A stretch of 64,000 nucleotides of DNA from a virus (taxonomy: Duplodnaviria > Heunggongvirae > Uroviricota > Caudoviricetes): the IMG/VR virus record IMGVR_UViG_3300022822_000008; one strand, 5' to 3'. The notes beneath the pieces were generated by a model. The model did not search any database. It worked only from the letters and a program-made list of their open reading frames with translations, and was not told the origin of the DNA. Shown here one piece after another: positions 17,036 to 29,100 of the stretch (within the stretch, counting starts at the first letter, position 1; each line of letters starts with the position of its first letter). Made by a program: the position numbers and the translations under genes.

Positions 17036-18466
17036 ATGGAATCAGGAATAGGTATATCAAATCCTTTATTCTTTATAGGTGTTATTGAAGATAATAATGA
17101 TCCGAGGTTAGAAGGTAGAGTACGAGTGAGAGCATTTAGTGTTCATGGTACTTCAGATCAAATAAAACCCCATGAATTACCTTGGGCAATTTGTGCTGCA
17201 GGAAACTATGATCCAAACAATCTGCCACCTGCTTTAAACTCATTCGTCTACGGAATGTTTTTAGATGGTCGTGATGCACAGCATCCTCTTGTGTTGGGTT
17301 TAATACCTCAACAAATGACCGAAGCGGCAGATCCTATCAAATATGGCTGGGGTGTTGTACCAGAATTCGATGGTACTATAAACGCGAAAGGTTCTGCACC
17401 ACGTGATATTGGTAATCCTCAGAATTCAAGATTGGCACGCGGCGAAAATTTAGAAGAAACTTATATATTGCCACAAGAGATGAATAGAGTAGAAGATGCA
17501 AAAGTAGCAGGCACCGATGAAAAATGGTCGGAACCAAATTCTGCTTATGCAGCTAAATATCCTTATAATCGTGTTATTGAAACTTCAAAACATTCTGTTG
17601 AAATAGACGATACGCCAGGCGCGGAAAGAATTATGATCCATCATGGTGCTGGTTCGTTCGTTCAAATGGATTCCACAGGAACGACTACTTATAAATCTTC
17701 AAAGGATCACTACACAGTAACTGGAGGTAATGAACATCTACATGTTAGAGGTAGAAGCGTAGTTCACATTCACGGTGACAGCCATGTCTACACACACGGT
17801 AATAAAACTGAAGAAGTCAATGGAAATTATAAATTGCAAGTTCATGGCAGTGCTGAATTTAGTATAGCAAATCAATTAAACTTAAATGCAGGCACTCAAA
17901 TACAAGCGAGAGCTACTGATGTGAAGATTGAAGCGAATGCTGGACAAGTTACAGTTAAAGCCGCGACTGCAGTTCATATCGAAGGTTTAGAGAACTTGAT
18001 ACTTAACAGCGATTATATTAACATATCAGCTGACGGTTCCGATAAAAGTGATGTCGATATATTTGCATCAGGATCTTTAAATTCAACTGCAGTTTTTGAT
18101 CACTCGCTATCAGCAAGCAATATTTCGATCCGTGCAAGTGCTTCGTCAAGTGCTTCTGAGGTAAGTGCTGGATTGAATTTACATAGTAATTCTGTTATGA
18201 ATATAAGTGCATCTGGCACGTTGGACATTCAAGCAATCGGAGCTGCTACTTTAAACGGTTCAACTGTTGCTATTGCAGATGGTTCTCCATCTGTATCCCA
18301 ACCTTCATATTCAATTACAACCCCAACATTTGGTGTTAGTAAAATTAAAATGCCAGAACCTACTTCAATGTCCGTTTCTGCGCCTATAGGACAAAAATAT
18401 AGTTCAGGCAGTGCTGTGGGCATAATCTCTGCAAGCGACGAAATAACTAAAAAGAAGGTGCCATAA
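17036..18466 (+). CDS. gp5: Baseplate central spike gp5 (OB fold plus beta-helix; no lysozyme domain)
   Basis: FIGVIEDNNDP..EGRVRVR, LPWA, GMFLDG..AQ.P.VLG, YPYN.V.ET..H..E.DDTPG.ERI...H. Confidence 0.92.
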   Translation: MESGIGISNPLFFIGVIEDNNDPRLEGRVRVRAFSVHGTSDQIKPHELPWAICAAGNYDPNNLPPALNSFVYGMFLDGRDAQHPLVLGLIPQQMTEAADPIKYGWGVVPEFDGTINAKGSAPRDIGNPQNSRLARGENLEETYILPQEMNRVEDAKVAGTDEKWSEPNSAYAAKYPYNRVIETSKHSVEIDDTPGAERIMIHHGAGSFVQMDSTGTTTYKSSKDHYTVTGGNEHLHVRGRSVVHIHGDSHVYTHGNKTEEVNGNYKLQVHGSAEFSIANQLNLNAGTQIQARATDVKIEANAGQVTVKAATAVHIEGLENLILNSDYINISADGSDKSDVDIFASGSLNSTAVFDHSLSASNISIRASASSSASEVSAGLNLHSNSVMNISASGTLDIQAIGAATLNGSTVAIADGSPSVSQPSYSITTPTFGVSKIKMPEPTSMSVSAPIGQKYSSGSAVGIISASDEITKKKVP

Positions 18467-18467
18467 T

Positions 18468-20033
18468 ATGACTTGTATAGACCTAAACGATCAAACACAA
18501 CAGAATATTTTGAACAACAAACCAGGTCCCTTAACAAATGCAAACGGTGAATACACACTAAATCAAGTTGATGTTTTTACACAAGAATTTACTAATAATA
18601 TATTAAGTGATTCACAAAACAACCCAGTAACCTTGGCGACGAGTAAATATGGTGCCGATGTTTTTTACGACTCATTAAAAGCGTTCAATTTAACAATTAG
18701 CGAAAGAACAGTACCTGATATATATCCGTCAGTAAAGGCACGATTAAATTCTGGGAATATATCAGCTGCTGAATTTGCAGATTTCATGCAACAATACGGA
18801 CAAAACCCGACTGGAGTCGTAACCAAGACGAATAGAGATTATGCTCGTTCTTTATTTGACCTTGAAGATTATTATTCTAAGACTATACGCACAGGCGCCT
18901 TGGCAGCATTATGCACAAGATTCGAAAGTATATTTGGCGCGCTGGGCGGTTTCTTTGATTTTCTTTCAGAAATTGGAAATCTAATATTCGACGTTGTTGA
19001 TAAGATCAAGGCATTCAGAGAAGAATATAAAGATCTTACCATTGCTGCTACCGTACAAGCTCTCGCTGTTGAATTGAGAGATAGAATTGAAAAAGAAGTT
19101 AAAAGAATTGTTGACGCGGTTGTTTCCGTGCTAGAAAATTTGTTTAATAGCATTAATACTTTATTCGATAACACAAGCACTTTCGTAGATGAATTAACAA
19201 TCCGTGGCATAATGAAAGAAAAAGATAATGCTTGCCTTATGTTTTCCGAAAAAAATAAATCATTAATAGCAAAAACGATTGTAGGTGCCTTTGATTATGC
19301 ACTTAGTTTATTCGAAAATCCAAGCATTGCGCAGATTGAATTTCTTGTTGTGAGAATATGTGCTTACTTAACAAATATCGAAGCATTGTTTAATGATGTT
19401 ACTACTCCTATGAAACAATTCGAATTTAAATACACAAGAATTGCAAACAGATTAAAGACGATATCAAACATAACCACATCTAGTGCACTACGCGCGGGTG
19501 CGATACGCATGCCACCAGAGCTGCGTAAAAAGAATATAAATAGCATTGAATCGTTATGGGAAGGTACTGGAGGTGAAGTGATAACTCCAACTGGAGGAAC
19601 CCCGATTAATCCCAAAAAGCCCGATGTGCAAGAATATTTAGCTTTGCCAAGTTGCAATTCAATAAAATCTGGATCGAATAAAAAAATAGCTGTTGATGGA
19701 CCTTGGGTTGATGACGAATTATTAGGGATGAAAGGTTGGACTGGACTCGACCCAACATTGAGAGTATTTTTAATCCGTATGTGGGATATAGAGAGTTCTA
19801 ATTTTGTTTCTGGGTCTCCAAAGATTACGGTAAAACTTGGTTGGGTTAGTGATGAATATAATAAGATAAACGGTGCGCCAGAAAATGCCCACCTAAGCGG
19901 GTTGTGCGTCGATGTTTCAACAGAAGGTTGGGATGTGGAAACATTAGAACAATCAGCATTAAAAGCAGGGTTTCGTTTTGTCAAATCATACGACGGATAC
20001 CTTCATTTAGATTTAAGACCATTAAGAGCGTAA
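18468..20033 (+). CDS. Helical protein with a C-terminal peptidase M15-like (Zn, LAS) domain
   Basis: N.H(LSG)..VD...AGF...Y..YLHLD.R zinc-ligand pattern. Confidence 0.62.
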   Translation: MTCIDLNDQTQQNILNNKPGPLTNANGEYTLNQVDVFTQEFTNNILSDSQNNPVTLATSKYGADVFYDSLKAFNLTISERTVPDIYPSVKARLNSGNISAAEFADFMQQYGQNPTGVVTKTNRDYARSLFDLEDYYSKTIRTGALAALCTRFESIFGALGGFFDFLSEIGNLIFDVVDKIKAFREEYKDLTIAATVQALAVELRDRIEKEVKRIVDAVVSVLENLFNSINTLFDNTSTFVDELTIRGIMKEKDNACLMFSEKNKSLIAKTIVGAFDYALSLFENPSIAQIEFLVVRICAYLTNIEALFNDVTTPMKQFEFKYTRIANRLKTISNITTSSALRAGAIRMPPELRKKNINSIESLWEGTGGEVITPTGGTPINPKKPDVQEYLALPSCNSIKSGSNKKIAVDGPWVDDELLGMKGWTGLDPTLRVFLIRMWDIESSNFVSGSPKITVKLGWVSDEYNKINGAPENAHLSGLCVDVSTEGWDVETLEQSALKAGFRFVKSYDGYLHLDLRPLRA

Positions 20034-20034
20034 T

Positions 20035-20451
20035 ATGACTATACCAGTTTTTACACCAAGAACTAAAAAACCAGAAATATATTCTGATATAAGGAAAGAC
20101 TTACTTGTCAGTCCTGTGTCGGGTGATATTGCGGTGTTTAAAAATGAAGAATCAGTAAAGGAATCAATAAAGAACTTGATACTGACTGATCGTGGTGAAA
20201 GATTAATGCGACCAAACATCGGTAGCGGTGTTAGGGAAATGCTGTTTGAGAACATGACTCCAGCTGTTATAAGATTAATAGAAGATAAAGTAAGATCAAC
20301 TATAGAAATATACGAACCTCGTGCTGAGATACTTGCCATTAAGGTAAAGGCCGATTACGATGAAAGTTCAGTACAAATAACTATAAATTTTTATGTCTCG
20401 AATATAGACAGACCTGTAACGCTTGACGTTATTTTAGAAAGGATAAGATAA
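20035..20451 (+). CDS. gp25: Baseplate wedge/sheath initiator
   Basis: SVKESIKNLILT..GER...P..G, LFE, I..YEPR. Confidence 0.95.
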   Translation: MTIPVFTPRTKKPEIYSDIRKDLLVSPVSGDIAVFKNEESVKESIKNLILTDRGERLMRPNIGSGVREMLFENMTPAVIRLIEDKVRSTIEIYEPRAEILAIKVKADYDESSVQITINFYVSNIDRPVTLDVILERIR

Positions 20452-20452
20452 A

Positions 20453-22297
20453 ATGGCACAACCAACAACTCCAATTACAGAACTAGATTTTGAAGGCATC
20501 AAGGCACAACTGAAAAGTTATATGCAAACACAATCACAGTTTAAAGATTATGACTTCGACGGTTCTAATATGAATACAATACTTGATGTATTGGCCTACA
20601 ACAGTTTTCAAAATAACTTCTATACGAATATGGCTATAGGCGAAATGTTTTTGGATTCTGCTCGTCTTAAGAATTCACTTGCTTCACATGCGAAAGAATT
20701 GAATTATTTACCGCGTTCTCGTAAATCAGCAAAGGCCGTTGTCAAATTGACTATTAATACAGTAGCTGGTGATACAAATCAAACTATCGTAATACCTCAG
20801 TATTCCGAATTTACAACTTCATTTTCAGGTACAAGTTTTAACTTCGTTACTAATGAAACTTATGTAGCACGAAAAATTGCGAATGGTGTCTACACTACAG
20901 ACAACATAACAATTTATGAAGGCACGATGTTAGATACGTTTGAAAGAGAAGGTTTTATTGTCGATGAAGATGGTGTTTTGAGAGTAGCATTATCAAATGA
21001 GACCGTAGATACGGATTCTCTTGTGGTGTATGTTGATGCCGAAGAAACAGAAGATCAAAATATCTACACCTACACAAGTACTATATTCGGTATAAGTCCT
21101 AAAGATAAAGTGTTTTATGTCGAACCATATTTTGATGATCGTTACTCAATCTATTTCGGTCGTAATGTTTTTGGCCTTCAACCTCAAGAGTTTGAAGACG
21201 TTCGCGTAAAATACAGAATAACAAGTGGCGAAGAAGCAAATGGCGCGACTGGTTTCAATGCAAGCTTCCTCGATGGTGCTAGTATAAATGTCGAAACAAT
21301 TACAAGAGCGATTGGTGGTGCTGAAAGGGAATCAATTGAAAGTATTCGTTTCTTCGCTCCGAAATCTACACAAATACAAGAACGTGCAATTACGACAAGC
21401 GATTATGAAATTTTACTTAAACAAAACTTTCCAGAAATATCAGCAGTTTCTGCTTATGGAGGCGACGAACTGCAACCTCCACAATTTGGTAAAGTTGCAA
21501 TTTCTGTCTACTTAAAAGACGATGCACAACTTGTTGCTACAACATTAGCAAACTCATACTTGCGATATTTAGATTCACGTGGTCCTCTAGGTATCGAACC
21601 TATATTTATTTCAACAAAGTTTTTATATGCAGATCTAGATGTAAAGGTTTCCACTACCTCTAAACTCGCAACAAAATCAATAGATGAAATTGAAACTTTG
21701 GTTCGTAATGCTATACAGAGTTATTCTGATAATTCATTAGAAGATTTTAATCGGACTTTACGACTGTCAAAACTTTCAAGAGATATTGACAATGTAGATA
21801 CTGCAATTCAAAGTTCTTTTGTTACAGCAAAACCTATTATTGAGTTTTCTCCTGTAGTGAAAATTGCAACAAATCCTACGTTTAAATTCTCCACAGAGTT
21901 AATTAAACCATATGCTTATAAAGATACGAATGGATTTGTAAACTTCAAACCTGCAATAAAAAGTAGTTTGTTTGATGTCGGGAACACCTGTATGTTCCTT
22001 CAGGATGACGGTGCCGGAAATATACAATTGATTACTGATGATCTTACTAATCCAACTGTTATAAATCCAACTGCAGGAACGGTTGATTATACAAACGGCG
22101 AAGTTAATTTGGTTAATTTCATTGCTGATTCATTTGTGGGTTCTGCAATAAAAATAGTTGCAACAACTGCAGTAAATGATATTAAAGCTCCGAAAGGAAG
22201 AGTATTCATTATACGAGATGATGATGTAAAAGTTAAAGTAACGGTTGAAGAAGGATCTATTGTGGGTTCAACTTCGTCAACTAACAATTTTCAATAA
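20453..22297 (+). CDS. gp6: Baseplate wedge subunit
   Basis: ELDFE.IK..LK, F.DYDFDGS, LAYN, E.FLDSA, AK.L.Y.P.S, Q.RAIT..DY, PPQFGKV.IS. Confidence 0.95.
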   Translation: MAQPTTPITELDFEGIKAQLKSYMQTQSQFKDYDFDGSNMNTILDVLAYNSFQNNFYTNMAIGEMFLDSARLKNSLASHAKELNYLPRSRKSAKAVVKLTINTVAGDTNQTIVIPQYSEFTTSFSGTSFNFVTNETYVARKIANGVYTTDNITIYEGTMLDTFEREGFIVDEDGVLRVALSNETVDTDSLVVYVDAEETEDQNIYTYTSTIFGISPKDKVFYVEPYFDDRYSIYFGRNVFGLQPQEFEDVRVKYRITSGEEANGATGFNASFLDGASINVETITRAIGGAERESIESIRFFAPKSTQIQERAITTSDYEILLKQNFPEISAVSAYGGDELQPPQFGKVAISVYLKDDAQLVATTLANSYLRYLDSRGPLGIEPIFISTKFLYADLDVKVSTTSKLATKSIDEIETLVRNAIQSYSDNSLEDFNRTLRLSKLSRDIDNVDTAIQSSFVTAKPIIEFSPVVKIATNPTFKFSTELIKPYAYKDTNGFVNFKPAIKSSLFDVGNTCMFLQDDGAGNIQLITDDLTNPTVINPTAGTVDYTNGEVNLVNFIADSFVGSAIKIVATTAVNDIKAPKGRVFIIRDDDVKVKVTVEEGSIVGSTSSTNNFQ

Positions 22298-22306
22298 GGT
22301 ATTCTA

Positions 22307-24487
22307 ATGCAACAAATAGAAAAGAATATTGCGTTTCTGATTAGTCAACAGTTTCCGGCTATATTTCGAGAAAGCGGCCCAGAATTAGTAGCACTCATAC
22401 AAGAGTATTATGTATTTGTAGAAACGCAAGAGAATCAAAGTCATTATGTTGCGCGTAGACTATTTGAATATAGAGATATATCGACAACACTTGAAAGTAT
22501 GCTTATATTTTTTCAAAAGAAATATATGGCAGATTTGCCTTTCAAGCAAGAAAATATAAGAATTGCCGTAAAAAATATAGTTGACCTTTACAGACGCAAA
22601 GGAACCAAAGCTGGTATTCAAATGTTCTTCAGTGCTTTTTATCAAGAAGAAGTTGAAATATATTACCCGTCAAAACAGATGTTTAAACCATCAAACTCAC
22701 AATGGAGAACTGGTACTTATTTACAAATGTTTCCTAATGACAGGTCGTTTAGTTCCTTGTCTGGTATAAAATATACTTATAACGATCTTATAGGACGCAA
22801 CATTACAGGTTCTGCATCAAAAGCTAAAGCTGCTGTAAACAAAGTAAATTTCATCCAATTAAATGGTATCAGTACTGCCATTATTTATCTTGACAGCGTT
22901 CAAGGTACTTTCACCAAATATGATGATGTTGAATCTAACATTAAAGGTGAAGTGGTATTATTCGGTAGAATGAATGGTTCCTTAAGTGAAATCGAAATAG
23001 ACGAAACCTTGGGAAGCACTACAGGAAATAACATAGGAGACACTTATGATGTAGTCTCTCAATACGGAATAAACGGCACTGCTATAATAACTGATGTATC
23101 AGAAGAGTTTACGGGTGAAGTTTTATATACAGTTGCAGATGGCGGTTATGGTTACAGTGTTGAAAATACTAGGTTACTTGTATCAGACCAAGTTATCATA
23201 TTGAACAACCCAGATCTTGTCGTGAAGATAGGCGAAAGAATTGGAAATACAAGTGGTGATGCCGTTGTTATAGGTCAAAATACTTCTTCGATTGGAGTAA
23301 GAACTCAAGGCGGTACTGCATTCAGCACAGCAAACTTAAACGATGTAATAAATACACTCGAAAGGGGCTCAAGCAATATAGCACTACCTGCGACGATTAG
23401 CATTACTTCTTCTAACAATTCGTCTCCAGGTTTATTGTCTCCAGACACAGGAAATCAATCCGATGTCAGGATTAATGAGCTAGAAAATACCTCAGTGATA
23501 TCCGTAATAACAGACGTCATAGGAGATTTTGCTTCAGTCACATTAAATTCAGCAGATTATGGCATGTCTGGCGCAGGCGCTGAAGATGTAAACACGACTA
23601 TAGGTGATGCATTTAATTTGACAGTCGTTACAATAGGAAGCATAAAATCATTTGCAAACTTAAATCCAGGTTCTGACTACATAAATGATGTATTTGTAAT
23701 AGCGGAAGATGATTTAATAAACACTTTTGATTTGAAGGATCAAACAATAACCGTTCTTGCTATACCTGCTCAGTTGAGCGTTGGTGATATAATCGAAGAA
23801 ATATCTTCAAACATAAAGGGAATTGTAAGATCAATAGATGCGGTTAGTTTCGAAATAACGGTAACTGCGTATGATTATAACGGTTTCAGTGATATAAGTG
23901 TAGATAATAATGATATAGTAATTAACCGTATAACAGGTTCTGGCGGTCCGTTAATTGTAACTGGAATAAGAGTTGATTTTAATTCTAAAGTGTTTGGTGA
24001 AAATGCAACCATAAAAGCGAGAACCCAATTTGCAATAGGAAAAATAACCGCGGCAGCTGTAGTTAATTCTGGATTTGGTTACACATCAGGAGATACAATA
24101 TCTCTTGTTGAAGATGGTGAGGTACAAGCTGAAGGTTTTGCTGTAGCTTCGATACAAGGAAAGACCGCCGGTTTTTGGGGTTCCTTATCTTCACACATTA
24201 ATGGATTCATTGCAGATCCTACAGATCCGACAGATTCAAATAAACAAATATACTACGACAGTAATATGAGAATACAAGATAGCGATTTCTTTCAAGAATA
24301 CTCATATCAAATAAAATCGATGTTGGGAACTGCTCAATATGAAGAACTGTTGAAACAGAATGTTCACTTAGCAGGAACAAAGTTATTTGGTGAATTTTCA
24401 TTCAAAGCAAAAGCAAATGGAAACACAAAACAAAGATTCGCTCGAGTATTTAATGACGATGGCATCAGTCAATCGCCACTTGAATAA
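22307..24487 (+). CDS. gp7: Baseplate wedge initiator (gp7-like)
   Basis: QQFP...RE, F..KY, K.I.DLY..KGT, IQDS.FFQEYSY.IKS, VH.AGTK.FG. Confidence 0.8.
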   Translation: MQQIEKNIAFLISQQFPAIFRESGPELVALIQEYYVFVETQENQSHYVARRLFEYRDISTTLESMLIFFQKKYMADLPFKQENIRIAVKNIVDLYRRKGTKAGIQMFFSAFYQEEVEIYYPSKQMFKPSNSQWRTGTYLQMFPNDRSFSSLSGIKYTYNDLIGRNITGSASKAKAAVNKVNFIQLNGISTAIIYLDSVQGTFTKYDDVESNIKGEVVLFGRMNGSLSEIEIDETLGSTTGNNIGDTYDVVSQYGINGTAIITDVSEEFTGEVLYTVADGGYGYSVENTRLLVSDQVIILNNPDLVVKIGERIGNTSGDAVVIGQNTSSIGVRTQGGTAFSTANLNDVINTLERGSSNIALPATISITSSNNSSPGLLSPDTGNQSDVRINELENTSVISVITDVIGDFASVTLNSADYGMSGAGAEDVNTTIGDAFNLTVVTIGSIKSFANLNPGSDYINDVFVIAEDDLINTFDLKDQTITVLAIPAQLSVGDIIEEISSNIKGIVRSIDAVSFEITVTAYDYNGFSDISVDNNDIVINRITGSGGPLIVTGIRVDFNSKVFGENATIKARTQFAIGKITAAAVVNSGFGYTSGDTISLVEDGEVQAEGFAVASIQGKTAGFWGSLSSHINGFIADPTDPTDSNKQIYYDSNMRIQDSDFFQEYSYQIKSMLGTAQYEELLKQNVHLAGTKLFGEFSFKAKANGNTKQRFARVFNDDGISQSPLE

Positions 24488-24527
24488 ATAAACAAATAAA
24501 GAAATAATAGATTGGACAAATGAAATC

Positions 24528-26165
24528 ATGCCAGAAATATTGACCACAAATTTTAAAACAGACACGACCAGATTATTCGTCAATGATATACTAGCAAGCG
24601 ATTATTATATATTCGCTTCTGGTATAGAACGCTTGGTGTCTGCAAACTCAGTTAAATCCAAGAATGAGTTCCTTGGTAAATGTCTGTTCGGTAAAGAAGT
24701 TGATAAGTCAACTGATGTTAAATTTATGATAAAATATTATCCTTGGCAGAGTGGTACCGCCTATGTTCAATATGACGATGCAGCAGATCTGGAAGACAAG
24801 AAGTATTATGCAGTCGTTGGTCCTAATGAAAATACGACAAGTGATTATAGAGTATATAAATGTTTAAATAATAACGGTGATAGTGTTGTTAGCAGTGCAC
24901 CGAACTATATTTTCGGAACCCCAAATCAGACTTACGAGACCGCTGATGGGTATGTCTGGAAATATATGTATGCTTTATCTCAATTACAATTTGATGCTTA
25001 TAATGCGCTCGGTTATATACCTGTAATTCCAGTCAGTGGTCTAACAAGTGATCTCACAAGTGATTTCGTTACACAAAAAGGGTCGCAGGTATCAGAGATA
25101 ATTGTAGAAAACTCAGAAACTAATTTTGGTTATGAATCTGAAGATGGGGCTTTACAGGGTAATCCTTTCCCTGCAGGCGGATCACCCAATACGGTCGATG
25201 CAATAAGCACCGCAGGTTCTTGGAATCCTATATTAAATTATTACTCTGGACAGTCTATATATTTTACCAATCCTAGTGGAGTTTCATTTTTACATACAAT
25301 ATCTTCATATGAATTTTTCACAAGTGGTAACTTTGCTAGAATAAGTGTAGAAGGGAATTTAACAGGAGTTGAATCAAATGCAATAGTAAAAATATTACCA
25401 CGCGTTCAAATTCTTGGTGATGGTATTGGCGCACAGGCGATAGCAAATGTTAACGACGGAAAGATAACGTCGATTACTATAATTAATGGCGGATTTATTG
25501 CAGATACAGGTATAACCGCAGGTGATGGTTACAGTGATATATCTGTGAGTATTGTCGATCCGTCTTTTGATTTTAATCCTGAAGACCCCAATTCCATAGA
25601 TTCTAGAGCTGTTGTTAGAGGTGTGTTATCACCCAAAGGCGGGCATGGTAGTAGTTTACTTGATGAATTAAAATGCAAACATTTTCTGGTGTATGCTTAC
25701 ATAAGATTAGTTGATAATAATGCAATCGGAGCTACTAATGATTATTCATCTCTAGGTTTGGTAAAGAATCCGTCTTTCGATTCTAGTACCCCAGCTGTTT
25801 TTGATAATCGAATTGCTGTTAATACTGATGATATATCCGCAGTAGTTGTTAATACCATTGTAAATCAATTTGATATAAATAATAACATAACCTTTGCTGG
25901 TAAAATACATGAAGTTGATATAAATAGCAACACATTTTACATTGCAGAATATAATGGTCCATATCCTAAAGTTTCAGGTACTGATATTTCACTAGATGAA
26001 AATGAATCACTTAGAAATGAGACAGGTCAAATAATTGGTATAAATAGTATCATAACATCACCGTACATACAAAGAACTGGCGAAGTGTATTTCTTAGAAG
26101 ATTTTATACCACTCCCGCGTACTGATCAATCAAGAGAAGAGTTCAAGTTTGTTCTTGAATTTTAA
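24528..26165 (+). CDS. gp8: Baseplate wedge subunit
   Basis: W.SGT.Y..YD, YRVYKCL.N, TADGYVWKYMY, P.GGHG, G.V..., E..K.VLEF. Confidence 0.88.
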   Translation: MPEILTTNFKTDTTRLFVNDILASDYYIFASGIERLVSANSVKSKNEFLGKCLFGKEVDKSTDVKFMIKYYPWQSGTAYVQYDDAADLEDKKYYAVVGPNENTTSDYRVYKCLNNNGDSVVSSAPNYIFGTPNQTYETADGYVWKYMYALSQLQFDAYNALGYIPVIPVSGLTSDLTSDFVTQKGSQVSEIIVENSETNFGYESEDGALQGNPFPAGGSPNTVDAISTAGSWNPILNYYSGQSIYFTNPSGVSFLHTISSYEFFTSGNFARISVEGNLTGVESNAIVKILPRVQILGDGIGAQAIANVNDGKITSITIINGGFIADTGITAGDGYSDISVSIVDPSFDFNPEDPNSIDSRAVVRGVLSPKGGHGSSLLDELKCKHFLVYAYIRLVDNNAIGATNDYSSLGLVKNPSFDSSTPAVFDNRIAVNTDDISAVVVNTIVNQFDINNNITFAGKIHEVDINSNTFYIAEYNGPYPKVSGTDISLDENESLRNETGQIIGINSIITSPYIQRTGEVYFLEDFIPLPRTDQSREEFKFVLEF

Positions 26166-26180
26166 GGAAGAGAATTAAAA

Positions 26181-29100
26181 ATGCCTATTAATACAGATCT
26201 TAACACAGCACCATATTTCGACGACTATGACGTTGAAAAGCAATATTACAAGATATTGTTCAAGCCTGGATTCGCTGTGCAAGCAAGAGAAATGACACAG
26301 CTACAAACGATGCTACAAAATCAAGTCGAGCAATTTGGCGATAATATCTTTAAAGAAGGTAGTATAGTTAAAGGTTGCAACTTTTCTACTCTTGATGGGC
26401 TTTCGTTTGTTAAAGTTGGTGACTTGCTTGGTTTTGATCCAACTTCATATATAAGTCGTAGAGTTACGGAAGAATTCCCAGTGGATTCAGGTATCTTTAT
26501 TGAAGTGGACTATTTGTATGAATTGGAAGGTGATGCAAGTAAAATTAAGGCAAATATCATATCTGCTACCAGAGGTTTTGAAACAAGACCACCTGATCTC
26601 AATACGTTCTTCGTGCATTATATCAACAGTGCTGGTAATTCAGATAAAGTTTTCGCGCCAGGTGAGCAGTTAAATGTCAATCTTTATAAGTTTAAAGTTG
26701 GTGATGAAGCTATAGCAATTTCTCAAGAATTGAACATTGCTCAAATAAATGTGACTACAATTACATCCACACCTGAGCCTCACACAGGTCCTGCATATGG
26801 CATTCAATCTGCACCTGGTGTTATATTCCAAAAAGGTCATTTTCTCTTTGCTGATGAACAGACTCTTATTGTATCAAAATACACAAACATTCCGAATGAT
26901 TTATCAGTTGGTTATAGTGTAAAAGAAACTCTCAAGACATCTTTACAAGACAATAGCTTGTATGATAATGCAAACTCAGCACCAAATCAAAACGCACCTG
27001 GTGCAGATCGTCTAGAATTAATTCCTATATTAACAGTATTCGAAACTCCGGTTGGTGATGTTGATCCTACATTCTTCGCGCTTATCAGATATCAAAACGG
27101 AAACGAAGTTACCTTACGTGATGTATCACAGTACAATGTTCTTGGCGAAGAAATGGCAAGACGTACTTATGAAGAATCGGGTAATTATATATTAAAAGAC
27201 TTCAAAGTAAAAACAGATCGTAGAGATGGTGACGTCCAAGTTCTTGTCGGTACTGGCGCGGCATATGTTAAAGGTTACCGAGTTGAAAATAGTGCCGAAC
27301 GCGCTTTCGTAATAGATCAAATCGACCCAACAACAGGTACTGACATACAATCTAGCCAACCAACTACATTTAATTACGGACAATACGTAGATGTAATTAA
27401 CTTCCAAGGTATATTAGGATTAAATTCAGAAAGGTTAGACATATTAGCCCCAGACGGTTCAAGCGTTTTAGGAACTTGTTTTGCATCTAATTTAACAGGC
27501 GCCGTAGGAACAGGTATCGGCAAACTATACTTATATGGCGTCAGAATGACAGGTACGAACAGATTCTCTAGTGCTTGGTATATCGACTCGCCAGCAAACG
27601 TAGGTAACGGCAGAATACAAATTGGTGATGCAAATGTAAATCCAGTATTAAGACAGACAAATAAAGGTCCCCTTGTTTTTGACACAGGAATGTTTAGCCT
27701 TAAAGAGATTACAGGTACAGTATTGCCTGTAAGAACAGTATCGCAAGCAACTCCAGCTAATGATAACGGAACAGATGTTATTACTATTGCTGATGGAAAT
27801 GATGAAGACTTTGCTCTTGACAATTCTGATATTGTCGTAATTGATGCAACAAGCACTTTCATGGCAGTTTCATCAGTAACAGTTAATTCAGGAACTGGTG
27901 ATTTAGAAATCTCATTAGCGGGTTCTCCAGGCGCTTCCGCAAATCCTGTTACCGTTTATTATAACAAAAACATATTAGGTTCATCTGGTGCTGGTCAAGA
28001 ACCTTACATTAAAGAATCAAGAGATACGTTTGTTAAATTCAGCTACGCTACATCAGAAACTAAATATTCTTTAGGATTTCCTGATGTTTATGAAATAATT
28101 AGCATTCTTGATGTTGACGATAACGAATATTCTAGCAGTTTCAGATTGGTATCAAACCAAAAAGATTTCTACTATGATAGATCTTATGTTGAACATATTC
28201 AAGGTCGTCCTATCCCTCCAGTTGGTGAGTTAAGAGTTGCGTTGAAAGTATACCAACCAAATCCTTCAACAGGGGGTTATTTCTTTAACATTACAAGTTA
28301 CGATAATGCTTTGCCAGAAAGTAGCATACCTGTATACACCGCAACAAACGGTGAACAATACAACTTGAGAGAATGTTTCGATTTCAGACCTTATGTAGAT
28401 AAAGACTCAGCTGCATCTTATACAGCTGTTGATATAGCTTCAGCACCCAACATATCACAAAGTTTAGGTGTTAATGTAAGTCCCACATTTGCTGATTTAG
28501 GCGTAGCGCTTACTCCTTCTGTTAATCAATCTGCAAGATCTGATTTGGAATACTATCGTACAAGAGTTGATTTAATCATAGCTAATTCATATGGCGAAAT
28601 TAATTTAATCAAAGGTACTGAAGCACAATTTGCGTTGCCGCCTAAAATCGATTCTGACAGCATTGTAATTTCTGAAGTGAAAGTACCTGGCTATCCTGCG
28701 TTGTCAAGTCAAGAAGCTAGTGATCAACAGCGCAGAGAATATGCTGTAAAGGCTCGTCCTGTAGGAACAAAAAATTATACAATGAAAGACATAGGAAGCC
28801 TTGAATCAAAAATTGAGAGATTAGAATATTATGTTTCATTGAGTCAACTGGAATCTGAAACTGCAAACTTAACTGTGCTAGATCAAGATGGACTATCTCG
28901 ATTCAAAAATGGATTCTTAGCAGATCCGTTCAACGATTTGACGCTTGCTAATATTCGCGATCCGCAATTTAATTCTGCTGTTTCATCTAGTAGTAAAAAG
29001 TTAACACCATCAATAAAAACCTTTCCTATTGATTTAATATATAAAGCGGGTTCAGGCATTTCTGTATTTCCTGCCGCAGACATAAAAGGTAATGTTGCTA

